Positions 1 through 17,548 of a DNA stretch of 64,000 nt are shown here, piece by piece. Origin of the DNA: Euglena gracilis (taxonomy: Eukaryota); the NCBI GenBank assembly GCA_039621445.1, contig CP154954.1, positions 25,556,954 to 25,620,953 on the forward strand. The letters are read 5' to 3'. Under the pieces are notes generated by a model. That model saw only the letters and a program-made list of their open reading frames with translations, ran no database searches and was not told the origin of the DNA. The translations under genes were made by a program, and so were the position numbers. Positions within the stretch are counted from its first letter, which is position 1, and each line of letters opens with the position of its first letter.

Positions 1-1
1 C

Positions 2-4466
<4,465 letters not shown>

Positions 4467-7094
4467 GTGGACCTGGAGCCCCCGGGAACACTACGGGGGG
4501 GGGGGGCAGAAATCTCTTTGATTTCAGTGACCCAGGGGGGGGGGGTTCACCTCTACCCCCTCCCTGGAGGCGGGGATGCTTTTTTTTCCAGCGCAAAGCA
4601 CCGAAAAAAACCCAAATTTTGGGGTCAATTTGGCCCCCAAAAGCGAGTCCCCCCCGTGCCCAGGGTTTGATATAAGGAGGGCGTACATGGTTTAGGTGGG
4701 GGGGGGGTGTCCCCCCACCCCCCCTCCTGGCCCGCAGGGGGGGGGGTCCCGACCACCCCCCCACCTGTCCTTATATCAAACCCTGCCCGTGCCCTCTCAC
4801 CCGTATCTTCTCCCCCACTAGCAGGAAGGAGGATGGCTGGGTCCGTCCCCCCTCCCTGGGCAGGGCTGTACACCCCCCACCAGGCTTTCTCGTATTTCCG
4901 GGGGTGCCAATTTTTAGGTCAAAATTTTATTCGGCGCCAAAGGAATTTTCTTTGCGTGGGTGCCATGGTGGGGGGGGGGGGTCCGACCACTTCCCATCCA
5001 GCCCTGCCCCTGGGTGCCAAAGGAAAGCCTCTGGGGAGGGGTCGGCCACAGCCCCCCCCCCCCAAGGACATTCTCGTCCCACCCTGGGGAAGACAAGCGC
5101 AGCCTGTCCTCCGTCCAGTCCCCGACGGGCGAGCCCGGGCAGTGGACCCGAATGGGCAGCGGCTGAGGGGGCAGGGCGGACTGCCTGGCCACTGTGAGGC
5201 CGCCCCCGCGTGTCAGGGGGAGGCGGGCGGCCCAGGCAGCGATGATTGGCGCCGGAGGCGGTGGCTCCCGAGGGCTGCCTGTCTGACCCCTCTGCGCGTG
5301 TGTCCACGCGTCATGACCCTGCACTGGTCCCCGCAGCAGGCTTTTTTGAATCCTCCAAAGGGCGGTGGTCCTCATACCGTTTGTTTGGAAATTTTCAGCC
5401 AGCCCGCAGGGTTTTACCCAAGATTGGACCCAAGGAAAGGATTGGTTGCTCCGTCCGTCGAAACCAGGATGTCGCTTAAGCCGGAGCAGGGGGTGTTGAA
5501 GCTAGCCAGCAGCCTTTTTCCAGCCTCTGACCCCCTTCCCCCTATGGACGTTTTTATTTGCGTTTATTTATTGGACGGCAATGGATCTTTCGCTTTCGGA
5601 GGTGCAAGAATGGGTCAAAAATGGGCGAAATTGGGTCGGAAGAGGGCTGGCCAGTGCAAATTTAGGGTCAAAAAATGATTTTAACAACCGGTGGTTTTGG
5701 GGGCATTTCTCAGTTTCGATTTTTTGGGTGGAAACCCCTCTCCTGGCCCGAGGGGAGTGACTCAAAGCGCTGGAGGGGCGGTTTGAGTTTCTGTTTCCCG
5801 GCGCAAACCATCGCATTCCCAGACCCACCCCGGTCCAAAACGTGCCCCACGGGGCTGCGGTCCCCCCCCTCCTTTAAAGGAGGAAACAAAAGGCCCCACA
5901 ATGCGCGTCATCCCGTCCCACCTTCCAAACCGACCGCCCGGCCGCAGGGACCCCAGGGTCCGCCAAAGGAAGCCTGCCCACCGCCGCTGCACTCCGCCCC
6001 GGCTGTCCCTGACCCACACCCACACCCACACCCACACCAGGATTCCATTTAAGGGTTCACAGTGCCTCTGGGGGGGAGGGGGGGCTCGCCTGCAGGTAGT
6101 CCAAATTTGGTCAGCGGAAATGCTAGTGGACCCCGGGAGGGTCTGCCTGAAGCTATCGAGTGGAAAGTATTTTTCTCCGGTTTTTTTTGTCCCAGTGACC
6201 GGGGCAAAGCTCTGTAATTTTTTTTCATCCCCAAAACATGTGCAGCGAAGGGCAAAGGGTTGTTCCAGGGTGGTCCCCTGCCAACCCTCCCCTTGACCGT
6301 AGGGGTTCAGGACCACCCCCATCTGATTTTATGAACAATTTATGCCCTTACCTTGGTGTCCCCTTTGACGTCATGTCAAACCCTGCTCCCGGGCCACAAT
6401 TCCTCACTGTCTGTGGCTGAGGGGGCGTGTCCCTGCATCTGCCTGTCAACCCAGAGGTGATGTGCCTGTCTCTCAACCCCTGTTATTGCCCTGGTGCCAT
6501 GCTATGCCCCCGCGTGCCCCAGGCTCGGTTCCATCAAAGCTCATTCATATGTGGCCACCGATTTGTGGAACACTTTCCTCGCAACTGCTACACGTAATTT
6601 ATAAGTGCTGGCTGGACACACAAGTCCACCAACAATTATTTGTCTCGAATTCATGTCAATTTTCTGCTTTTTAATTTCAAAAATTGCAAATATGGCCATG
6701 GTGAATTTCCGGTCAGAAATTTTGGTGCACAAGGAATTGTGTGGTGCTGTGGTGGGTTGCGGGTCGAACCCAGGCTTCGAAATAAGGTGGTACAGGGTAT
6801 AGGTATGGGGGTGCCCCCCCCCCTACTGGAGGGGGTTCCTAATTTTAAAGGTTTGAGAAAATTTGCTTAAAATATAGTTCCTGGACTGGACCCCCAAAGC
6901 AGTCCAGATAAAAATGAAGAGCGGTGAAATGACGAAGGAAAATGTTATCCCCTCGGGCCTGGGCCAGAACTGCAGGTAAGGCCAGCCTTGGGGAGGGGTT
7001 TGCATGTTAAGAAGTTCGGCAGACCAAGCGCAAAATAGGTCTACTCTGGGGCCAAGGGGACATTTTTATGTAAGGAGGCGGGGGGCCAGGCGGC

Positions 7095-7197
7095 ACATAC
7101 ATACATACATACATACATACATACATACATACATACATACATACATACATACATACATACATACATACATACATACATACATACATACATACATACA

Positions 7198-7231
<34 letters not shown>

Positions 7232-7695
7232 CATATACATACATACATACATACATACATACATACATACATACATACATACATACATACATACATACAT
7301 ACATACATACATACATACATACATACATACATACATACATACATACATACATACATACATGCATGCATGCATGCATGCATGCATGCACGCATGCATGCAT
7401 GCATGCATGCATGCATACATACATACATACATACATACATACATACATACATACATACATACATACATACATACATACATACATGCATGCATGCATGCAG
7501 ACATGCATACATACATATATACATACATACATACATACATACATACATACATACATGCATACATACATACATCCATACATACATACATACATACACGCAT
7601 GCATACATGCATGCATGCATACATACATACATACATACATACATACATACATACATACATACATACATACATACATACATACATACATACACACA
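7095..7695. repeat. (TACA)n / (TGCA)n tetranucleotide microsatellite
   Basis: Directly visible. Confidence 0.98.
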
Positions 7696-10600
7696 TTCCT
7701 GCATACATTGATTTTTTTTCGCAATTCTAGCATCTATCGCCTGCTCAATTTCGGACCCAGGAAGCACATTGTTTCTAAATAAAACCTCCCTTGGATGGTG
7801 GCTCCTCTAAATTTTTTGGAAAGGTTTGGTGGGGGAAAGTGAATGGGACGGCAGTTTTTGGGTCATTTCGTCTCATTTTTGTTTCTTGCAATTTTGTCAA
7901 GGTTGTGCTTGCTGTATGGGTTGGAATTGATTCCTATTGCTGTAAATACAGTTTTGATGGGGACAGATCTATCAAAGAGGCTCGTTTGTCGACAGTGTGG
8001 ATTCATTTCCTGGCCAGATTGGCACGTGCGTCCCAATTTGCACTGTTAATGTCCTGCAGCAATGCAACCTTCCCCCTCGCGCATCGAGTTCATGGGTGTG
8101 GCCCCTCTTTCCCTGATCCCCCAGGTTTTGGGAGTCACTACCCCCCCCAAAGGTTTCCACCTGGGTGAAATGCACCTGTTTTTCAGGCGATTTTTTTCTC
8201 GGTGGCTCACTGTCCCCTTAATTGGGCTGTTGTAGCCAACGTGGCGTCCTAAAGCGTCCCCAAAGGCTGTTGGATTGCCCGGACCAATGAAATGGGTGGG
8301 CAGGGGATTTCTTAAGCTGGAGGGGACCCCATCCCCGGGGGGTTGAGTGAAATAAAGTTGGGTCCAGCCCGGCCGGAGGCCGGGCCAGCCGGCCGCAGGC
8401 TGGCCAGCCAATTGGGCTGCCCAGCTCACCTATCCCTGCATTTTTTCCCCTCATCACAGCTTCCTTCATCACAGCCTTGATCTAGCTCCGTCCATCAAAT
8501 TTTCGAGAAGGCAAAAATGCTTTATAAAATTTTGTTTTCCATCTACCCAGCCCAGCCCACCCCTCCAGCCCCAGACCCCCCCTATCCCCCGGGTGTGTCC
8601 AGCCAGCCGCTCGTAGCCAGCCAGCAGCCTTTTTGTCAGCCCGAGGCTGGACCCCCCCGGGGGGGGGGGAGTCCTTAAGAAAGCCCCTGTCTGCGGGGGG
8701 ATAAAAATTTCGGGGGGGAATCGACAATTGCAGTTTTCCCACAATTTCCACATTTTTCTGCATCCTCGATGCTCGGTTTTTTCTCTTTCCGAAACTTTTT
8801 TCGCATCAACCTGAAATGGCAGACAAAACGAGTTCCAGTCATTTCTTGAACACTTCACAATGGAATTCAGGTGCTTTTTTACCATTTTGTCACAAGATCT
8901 GCCAAAATTCTATGCTGGCAATTCCTTGGCCTTTATTGGGTATTTCCCCAATTTCTGCTGGGAAATAATTTCGCTTAAAAAATTCGCATCCTGGACCAGT
9001 TTTTTATCTGGGGTCAAATTTTTCGTCATTTTTTTTGCCGTTTCCGTTTTTTTTTTTAGCCATCTTATTCCATCTTTTTAAAGTCAGTGTGTCCCCAAAA
9101 ATAACAAAAATTGTGTTTTTAATATTTTTATGTTGTAAAAAAATTAATAACAGCTCAAAACATACACCAATGCTCAAAATGACAAAAATTGTGAAACTTT
9201 TTTTCAAGTTCCTTCTGGCAGAAGTGTGCATATTCCCAATATTGCCATTTCCACAATTTTCCTGCCATTTTCTGCAACTTTTTTCCCCGAAGGCCATCAA
9301 TTTTAGTCCCCCCCCTTGTTCTGCAGTGCACTAGAAACACCCCCACCTTGGGGGTATGACTGAGTTGCTTCATGGGCTGCGAGTCAGGGTCCGATTAAAA
9401 AGAAGGCCTCCCCCCTGCCCGAGAGTGTTGGCAGCCAGGGGGAAATTGTCATTTTTCAAACTCCAGGGGGGTGTTGGCGGTGGTGCTGTTGCAGAAACCC
9501 TGGCATCAAGGCCGCCAGGGTCTGGTCATTGTAAGTTTTTTTCCCCCTGCATCAGGCCCAATGCCGGCCTTTGGGAGGTGTCTGCTACCTACCCATGCCT
9601 TTGTCTCATTGCCCCCCCCCCCCCCCCCTTCCCCCCCCCCCCCCCCCCCCCCCCGCCCCGGTTGTTGTGGTGAGCTTGACCCCCAGCCAGGCCTTGCTGA
9701 AATGACCCAAAATGGCCTGAAATTATTTTTGACCCCCTGTAGGGGGGGGGGTCCTTAATAATGACTTTGAATGGCCTGAAATTCCTAAAATGGTCCAGAA
9801 TGGGAGACATTCTGCTGCACAACGTTTTTTCTGTGAGCAACGGGAGTCATTGGGGGTCGTTCGGGTGGAGATTTCAGTTCGGTGCCTTTTATGGATGTGG
9901 GCAGCAAACGGCGGAGTTGGCAGACGATGGCGGAGGAGCAAGCACAGTCCCACAGGGCCCATTTCTGATCCCAAATAACAATTACGTCCCCAAATCCACA
10001 ATCCCCAGCCATCTCAGCCGCCACCTCCCAGCCCACAAACCAGCCCCTCTGACAAATGAACAATACACATTCAACGCCCACTTGTGTGAGCAGGCTTGTG
10101 CTCAGTCGGGTGCCTACCCCACGGGGGGGGGGTGCTAGGGGCAGGCACCCCATAGCACCCCATCCGACCCCCCGGGGGGCAGGGTTTGGGGGGGGGGCCT
10201 GCCCATAGCAGGCACCCCCCTCCGACCCCGGTGCCAAAGGCGCCGGGGGCCCGGAAAAGGCCATTTTCAATGAAAAGTTTTCTTGGACCCCCCCAACCCC
10301 TACCCCCGGGGGGGGGGTGCCTGCTAGGGGTACCCACCCACCCCCCTCCCATGTGTGTGAGGATACTTGCCTTTGTGATGCCCAATTTAATCCAATGCAC
10401 TTTTTCTGAAACAGAAACATCAGCAACAATGCAACCAGGCAAAAAGGCCTAATATGGCCTAACATGGATTAAAATGGCTTAAAATGGCCCAAAGTGTCCT
10501 AAAGTGAGATAATTTTGTGGCTTGAAAATTTTTCATGATGAATCAAATGTTATTGATATGTTTACAATTTCAAACACCTGAAACAATTTTTTGACCTACT

Positions 10601-12007
10601 GAAGATGTTAACCAGTGTCAAACAGCTTGAATGGCGCAAATGGCAGATTGCAAGGTTGCGTTTTTTTGGTATTGTAGGGATCTGATGTTCTTTAGCAGTA
10701 AACTTCTCCAGCAAGAACCTAAACCGAAGCACCTGGAACTACATTTTTACAATTGAGATTTTTTTCAAGGGAAATATTTCCTTCCCATATATTTTTTTTG
10801 AAAATCAACAGTTTCTATCCCGTAATATTTCTTCAATAATTTTACCGTAATTTTCGTCCCCGTAATTTTAGTCCGCACCGCAAGTGATGAATTTGCACAC
10901 GTTATGATGCAGTTTTTTTGGGACAAAAACGACCCAGAATTATGATTTTAGAACCTCCACGTATGGGTTAAAATGCCCTGAGATGGCTTTAAGTAGCCTG
11001 GGGTGGGCCATTTACGGACATTTTAGGCCATTTTAACCTATCGGACCTAAATGGGCCTAAAACGGGGCAAAATATTGGGGCAAAATGTTGGGCCTGACTA
11101 TAGGCTTGCCCTCGACCTGTTGGGGACAACACGCGGTGCAGTGCGCAATTTTTTTTTGAAGAAATGGTCAAAGTCCATTAATTTCGGTCTTTTGGTCCGA
11201 ATAGCTTGAGAAACCGATACCCCATGGTGGGCGGGCCCCGGCTTCTTTCTAAGTCAGAAGACCCTTGGGGGGTGGGTGGATCCGGGGCCGGACCCCCCCC
11301 CCCGGGGGAGTCACACGCTGGGGGCCCAGGTATGGGTTTCGGCAAATTTTTTTTGAGAAATGCCCTCAGACGGCCCGCTTTTTGCCCCCCCCCCCCCCGG
11401 ACGGTCCCGCTCCGGGCTGGAGGGAGCTGTGGCGGGACCCGGGGAGTCCGCTGTTCATCTCCGTTTTCGAGAAACCAATCAAAAAACCAAAACAGAAAAC
11501 CAGTCATTTCTGGTCGCCTGCCCCGCCCCGGCTTCTTTTTACGACCCTTCAACTTTTTTTTATCTTTTGGAAGAAGGGCCATACACTGAGCCGGTCCCCT
11601 CGCCAGGCACACGGCGTGCCTCGCTTCCTGTCCGGGGCTTGTGTCTCCCCTGCCTACCCCACGTGGAGCTTTATGGCTGTGGCGCTGTTCCGTCCCTGCT
11701 GTGCTGGGCCGCACTGACACCAGCGACCGCCAGACATCCGCAGGCTCCGAAGGCTCCCCTCTCGCCCAACTGAAACCTATGGGGGAGGGGCAGTGTGGCC
11801 CAGCCCCAGCCGACACGGTGCCCGTCCCCCTCTCCCGTTCTTTGCAATGGCCCAGCCGGTCTGGCTATTTATATATGAGAGAAAAGAAGGGAGATTGCTT
11901 GTCTGCACCAACCGCTGTTTTTTCCGTTGAAGGACACGTGCTCATGCCGACCCACTGCCTTCTTGAAATAAAAAAAAAGAAAAAGAAACTACAGATGTTC
12001 GCAAGAC

Positions 12008-12125
12008 AATGACGATATGATGATGATGATGACGACGACGACCACGACGACGACGATGATGATGGTCGTGATGATGGTGAGGTTGATGATGGTGATGACG
12101 GTGATCGCAGTGGTCGTGGTGATGC
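12008..12125. repeat. Degenerate (GAT/GAC/GGT)n trinucleotide repeat
   Basis: Directly visible. Confidence 0.85.
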
Positions 12126-12313
12126 AATGACCTTCTGAACTGCATTTGCGTAGCTGTTTTTGCAGGTATTGCAAAAAATGGGCGCCTCCCACTAGACTTG
12201 GTGGGAGGGGGGATGTGGGTGTGTGGGGGAGGGGTGGGGGTGGTAAACCCGGAAAAAAAATTCCTGTTCGTTTTTGCATTTTCAGGATCACTATGAAATG
12301 TACTTTTTATATT

Positions 12314-12982
12314 GGGGATGCTTCCGCACCGCATGCACCGCGTGCACCACGTGCCGCACCGCGTGAGAAGAATCATTTCCAAATGTGCAATTTTCACAGA
12401 TTTCCCCATTACCCCATTGGTACCCCAGTACCAGTACCCCAGTACCCCAGTACCAGTACCCCATTGGTAATTGATTTCCATTCTTTTTTTTTTGTCTGGT
12501 TTTTTGCAAATCAGCAACTTTTGGTCATTTTTGGTTATTTTGGACCACTTTTGGCCACCTTTATCCGCTTTGGGCTGCATTTGGCAATTTACCACGTTTG
12601 GTTGTTGCTATGAATTTTTGGCTCATTTGTACCATGTTTTTGCTGCTTCTGGCCATTTTTGTGCATTTGTGGCTGCTTTATGCTACTTGTCAGTGCTTTA
12701 TCCACTTTTTGCCCATTTTTGACCACTTTTGGCCATTTTGTGGCCACTTGCACAGATTCAGTGGCCATTGGTCCATACTTAGTGAGATCTGATGGCAAAA
12801 CCAGGTGATTAGGACCAAAAACAGCTAAAAATTAACAAACTCACCCAAAATGCTATTTTATTGCAAGTTTATGATCGATGGGTGGTTTTGCGTGTGTTTT
12901 TCTCTCATTCGGTCATTTGAGATTGTACCTGATCCTTGTCACGCGGTGCACCCGGTGCCACACGCGGTGCGTAAGCACCCTC
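12314..12982. mobile_element. Non-autonomous TIR element with GCACCGCGT subterminal repeats
   Basis: Left GGGATGCTTCCGCACCG...GCACCGCGTGAGAAGAATC is the imperfect inverse of right GATCCTTGTCACGCGGTGC...CGGTGCGTAAGCACCCTC. No convincing ORF inside. Confidence 0.6.
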
Positions 12983-14034
12983 ATTGGGGTCACTTGTGGA
13001 GTCGAAAGTAAAGGCAGAAAAATTCTTTTCACGAGCAATGTCCGAAAATGGTTTTTTGACTGTTTTTGGGGGGAAGAAAGGGGCTGGGTTGGCAGCCCCC
13101 CCATCCCCCCCCCCCCCTGAGCCAAATTTTTTGCACCCCCCCCCCTCAAGCCCAATGAACGCCCTTGCCCGATGAACAGGGGCTGTTCGGACCGTCTAGA
13201 TTGTCACCATATATTTTATCTAACCCCCCCCAAAATAGGACCCCCCAAAAAATAAGCCCCCCCCTGGGCCGATCGAGCAAAAATCCAAATTAAGACCCCA
13301 AAAAAATAAGACCCCCCCGCTGACGGTACGAAGCGCCGGGGACAGTAAAATTTTTCCCTGAAAAATTACTAAAAACCTCAATTTCACACACAACAATGAT
13401 GAAATTTCAAAAAAAATCTGATTTTTAGAGTGCAAAAAAAAACGTGCTAAATGTCCACTCACTCCAATTTACATATGGTGCAAAGTGCCAAAGGAAAATC
13501 CTTGATGCTTTTGGGAACCTGAAAAGGGGTCTTTTTTTCAGGCTCAGGTCGGTCAAGAAAAAATCCAAATAAGACCCTCCCAAATGAGACCCCCTTGGAG
13601 GTTTCCAGCAACCGACCCAAAAATAAGAGCCGGGCCTTATTTTGGGGGGGTTTTCACCGAAAGTGTACCCCACATGCCTGATGAACGCCCCCCCCCCCTC
13701 CGTTTGGACCGTCTACATTTGCACACCTTGGTGTTGATTGGGCTTGGGGGGGACCATTTTTCAGGGGGAAACCATCGAAAAATGAAATGTCCTCAAAAAC
13801 TGGGAAGGGGGTGAGGGGAGGGGCTCTGGGGGGTGCAGTCTCCCCCTGGGGACAGCCAAACATTTTCACCCATTGTTGCCATCTCCCAACGGTGAAATGG
13901 CACCCTTACGAGCATCAGTGGGGGGGTGCAGGGGTGTAGTCATTTGATGTTCATTTGGTGTGCATCAAGAAATTTGTGTATTATGAGTATCATCAAAAAT
14001 AATTAATGATCTGATTTGTGTATCACCTCTGTAT

Positions 14035-14916
14035 TAAACCCCCCCATTTAAACCGACCCGTCGGTTTACAACTTTTGGGTTGACGGAAAATCCTGGAGGA
14101 GGTCGGTTTAGACGGGGGGTCGGTTTCAGGGGGAGCCCACGGCTGGCCGACGGCGTGACGGAAGCGGGTTGATGTTAGCAAGGCAATTTCAATTGGCAAA
14201 TGCCTAATCTGGTTGGCCAATTCCTAACTTTGAGCGACAAACGCCTAATTCGGGGTGTAAATTCTTAATTTTAGGGGCAGATGCTGAATTTTTGGGTGTA
14301 ATATCCAATTTTTGGTGGCAAATTGCCTAATTTGGGTGCAAACTTCTAATTTTAGGTGGTAAATGCCTAATTATTTATTTTTGGGTGCCAAATCCAAATT
14401 TTAGGAGGAAAATGCCCAGTTTGAGGCGCAAACTCCAATTTTGGGTCATCAATACTAATTATTCAGTGAGCATGGACGCTCTTTCTGTTGATGGCTTCCA
14501 TTATATTGTGCATGTTAGTCATCCAACTTGCCATGGGTCGGTTTATTTCTTTTTTTGGTTGAAATTCTGCAATGGGTCCAGGGTTTTTTTTAGTCTTGGA
14601 CCCCCTCCCCCGGGGGGGAAGGGGGGGTAGGGTGGGTGGGTCCCTTGGACCCCCTCCCCCCCCGGGGGGGGGTATATCTTTTTCAGCGCCAAAGGCGCCA
14701 AAAATTTTGAAAAAAGGGGTTTTATTTTTAGCATTTTCGGGCAAAAGTGGGTGGGTCCCCCGGGACCCCCCCCCTCCCCCGGGGGGCCCCTCCCCTGGGG
14801 GTGGGTGGGTGGGTGCCGACCCTCCCCCCCCCGGTCTTAAAAAAAACCCCTGAATGGGTCGGTTTGGAAGGGTAGGTCGGTTTGGAAGGGGGGTCGGTTT
14901 AAATGGGGGGGGTTTA
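14035..14916. mobile_element. Non-autonomous TIR element containing a ~20-bp tandem subrepeat array and a nested MITE
   Basis: TIR TAAACCCCCCCATTTAAACCGACCC / GGGTCGGTTTAAATGGGGGGGGTTTA; internal aaatgcctaattttgggtgc-like array at about 14195-14460. Confidence 0.75.
14579..14852. mobile_element. hAT-like MITE with a perfect 8-bp target-site duplication
   Basis: Ends CAGGGTTTTTTT / AAAAAAACCCCTG; AATGGGTC at both 14571-14578 and 14853-14860; a related copy ends at 1850. Confidence 0.85.
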
Positions 14917-15144
14917 CCAAAAAAATGTTTTGTGTGCCCACATGTGCATCACATTTTTTTGTGAATTATCCGCGTATTCCCAAAAAATGACCAAATAATT
15001 CGATTTTTTGGTCAGTTTTTATATCGGTGGTCAAAAATCCATTTCTCTTTTTTGCTTTCTTTTGTTATGCTCTCGATCAGGGGTTTATTGAAACAGAGGG
15101 GACACTGCCCCCAGGGGGATCCAGCCAGAAGCACCTTTTTTCAG

Positions 15145-16547
15145 GCCATCAGCTCCCAGCCGGGCTACAAACCCTCCCCCCCCCCCACGACCAGGATCCG
15201 CTGATGAACTGATGACAGCCAGCCCAACCGTGTTGAACAGGTAAAGCTTTGTGACAAAAATTTTGAGATCACCTGTGTGTCACCAAAAGAATTTGTGTTT
15301 AATTCAAGGAACCAAAACCAGAAAAATTTTTGTGTATCATATGTGTACCACCCAAAAAATTTCGTCTATCACCACGAAGTTGTTATACATTTTTTAATGA
15401 ATGTCTGCGAACGGGGGGAGAATTTGCTGGTGGGCGCCAATTTTCACAATTCCTCTGGTTTAAGTGTTTGGCTCATCGCTTTCATCGATGGGTTAGGGTT
15501 ATTCATCGATGGGTTGAAAAACAACGTGGCAGGCATTATTGGCGGGGGGGTCGGATTAGGTGCCTTGGAGCGCGTGTCAGTAGGTACCCTGGAGTGCCTG
15601 TGCACCCCCCCCTGGTGCTTGCCCCCCACAGGCGCTTGCCCCCCTCCTCCTTACATGCAAACTTGGCCCCCCTAAAGTTGGCCTTCAGCCTTCTGCACAT
15701 GGCCACCAAAATTTTTGCCCCCCCCCCTTGTCGTACGACCACCCCTCATTTACGACCACCCCACACGTTCCATAGATGATGCCGTTGAATCCAAGTGTCG
15801 TGCTTTTCATGCAGGTAATATCTATGTTCCCCTACCGGTGCCGTTGTTTGGGCAACCTCCATTTTAAGTATTTCTGCTTTTCGCTGTGCTTTGCCGCTGG
15901 AGATGTGCCACCCACGAGGTGGTGAACACCACCTTCCCTACGACCGCCCCCTCATTTATGACCACCCCCCGGTCGCAGGTTGCAGGTTATGGGGGTGTTA
16001 CGACCCCCCCCCCTGGTCGCAGGTTGCAGGAACCCGGTCGTACGACAAGGGGGGGGGGCGGGTAACATGCAAACTTGCCCCCCCTAAGTTTGGCCCCCCT
16101 TGGCCTTACCTTCAATCCTGGCCCAGGCCAAGCACCCAGGGTGGAGGAACCATCTCCACCCTGGAGGGAGTGTCCACCAGGAGAGGGATCAATCCTCCTC
16201 CCCCCTTGTCGTACGACCACCCCACTATGACGACCACCCCCCGGTCGCAGGTTCAGGTGTAGGGGGGGGGGTCTAAAAAAATAAACGGACCCCCCCCCCC
16301 CCCGCCCCCCGGGTCGCAAGTTGCAACCAGGTTGCAGGTCGCAGGTTGCAGGTCAGAACCAAAAAGAGGCTGGTTTTTTGGTGGTTTTTTTGAGGTTGTA
16401 TGAAGATGCATATATGTATGCCTCTGTTTGTATTTTCTATGTTCCCCACCGGCGCTTATGTTTTCTAACCCTGCAGGTCTTTCACGCTGCTTGCTTCAAT
16501 GTGTGCCGCACCCATGACGACAGTTCGGGTCCCCATTGACATCGGCC
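15145..16547 (+). CDS. Possible pair of exons (about 15145-15240 and 16477 to about 16547) of an unassembled gene
   Basis: AACAG|GTAAAG donor and CTGCAG| acceptor join in frame as ...ELMTASPTVLNR|SFTLLASMCAAPMTTVRVPIDI. No recognisable domain. Confidence 0.3.
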
Positions 16548-17416
16548 AGTGAACAACTCATGAACAACGACCACCCCACTATAACGACCACCCCCTGGTC
16601 CAGGTTTCAGGTTAGGGGGGGTCTAACGACCCCCCCCCCCAGGGGGTCACAGGTTGCAGGTACCCCGTTGTATGACAAAGGGGGGAGGTACCTCCCACCC
16701 TCCCCCTCCCCGGGGGTTCCTGGTTATGGGAAGAAATTTGCCAAGAATTGCCCTTTTTCCGTGACCCTTTTTGTTTTGTTGTGCTTTCGAACCTTTTGGC
16801 AACCATTTGGGAGGGCAACAATTTTTCTTGTGTGCTAGGAAACAAACTTGGCTCAAAAGTTTCACTTTTTGGCATTTTCTCTCTCTATGATTTATCAAGG
16901 ATCTTCGTCATTTTTACCAGCTTTTTTTGCCCTTCTGAAATTTTTGGGTGAGCAAACTGTTCAAACAGGGTGATGACAAGATTTTAAGGGCGATCCACTC
17001 TATGATTTTGCTTTTTATCAAATGATTCCTCTCCATTAGGGTTGGCTGCCCAGAGGGTTTCATGAGGAGAGGTTGATCGGTCGCACAGAAAACAATTTTT
17101 TCTTTTGGCGCTTTGCGCCAGAATTTTGTCAAAAGAATGTGCAAAGAATCGGCATAGATTGGACCAATTTGCCCAAAGAAAAATCGGTTCGCTCAATCAG
17201 TTTTCTCTCCTGCTTTATGTATGTATTCTTATTCGTTTATTTATGGATCTTTTTTTCTTTTATCTACTTATTCATTCATTCATTCATTCATTCATTCATT
17301 CATTTTATATATTTATTTATCTCTTTATTTTATATATTTGTGTTTGTTTCAGTGAAGGAGGATTATTGAGCAACTTGTTTCAAATTTGGACCCAGCTGCA
17401 AGAACAAGTAATTTAT

Positions 17417-17417
<1 letters not shown>

Positions 17418-17455
<38 letters not shown>

Positions 17456-17548
17456 GGGGTGGGGGGGCGTGTGGGGGGGGGGGGGTTGGGGGTTGGGGTG
17501 GCGGGGGGGGGGGGGGGGCGGAGGGGGGGGGGGGGGGGGGGGGGTGGG
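17418..17548. repeat. Long poly-G tract
   Basis: Directly visible. Confidence 0.95.

Noticed and set aside
6750-6790. tRNA-like GGTTCGACCC T-loop on the minus strand
   Set aside because: No acceptor, D or anticodon stems can be folded; at most a SINE remnant.
10530-10585. Box C/D snoRNA (ATGATGA...CTGA)
   Set aside because: Too short, with no terminal stem or identifiable guide; such motifs are expected by chance.
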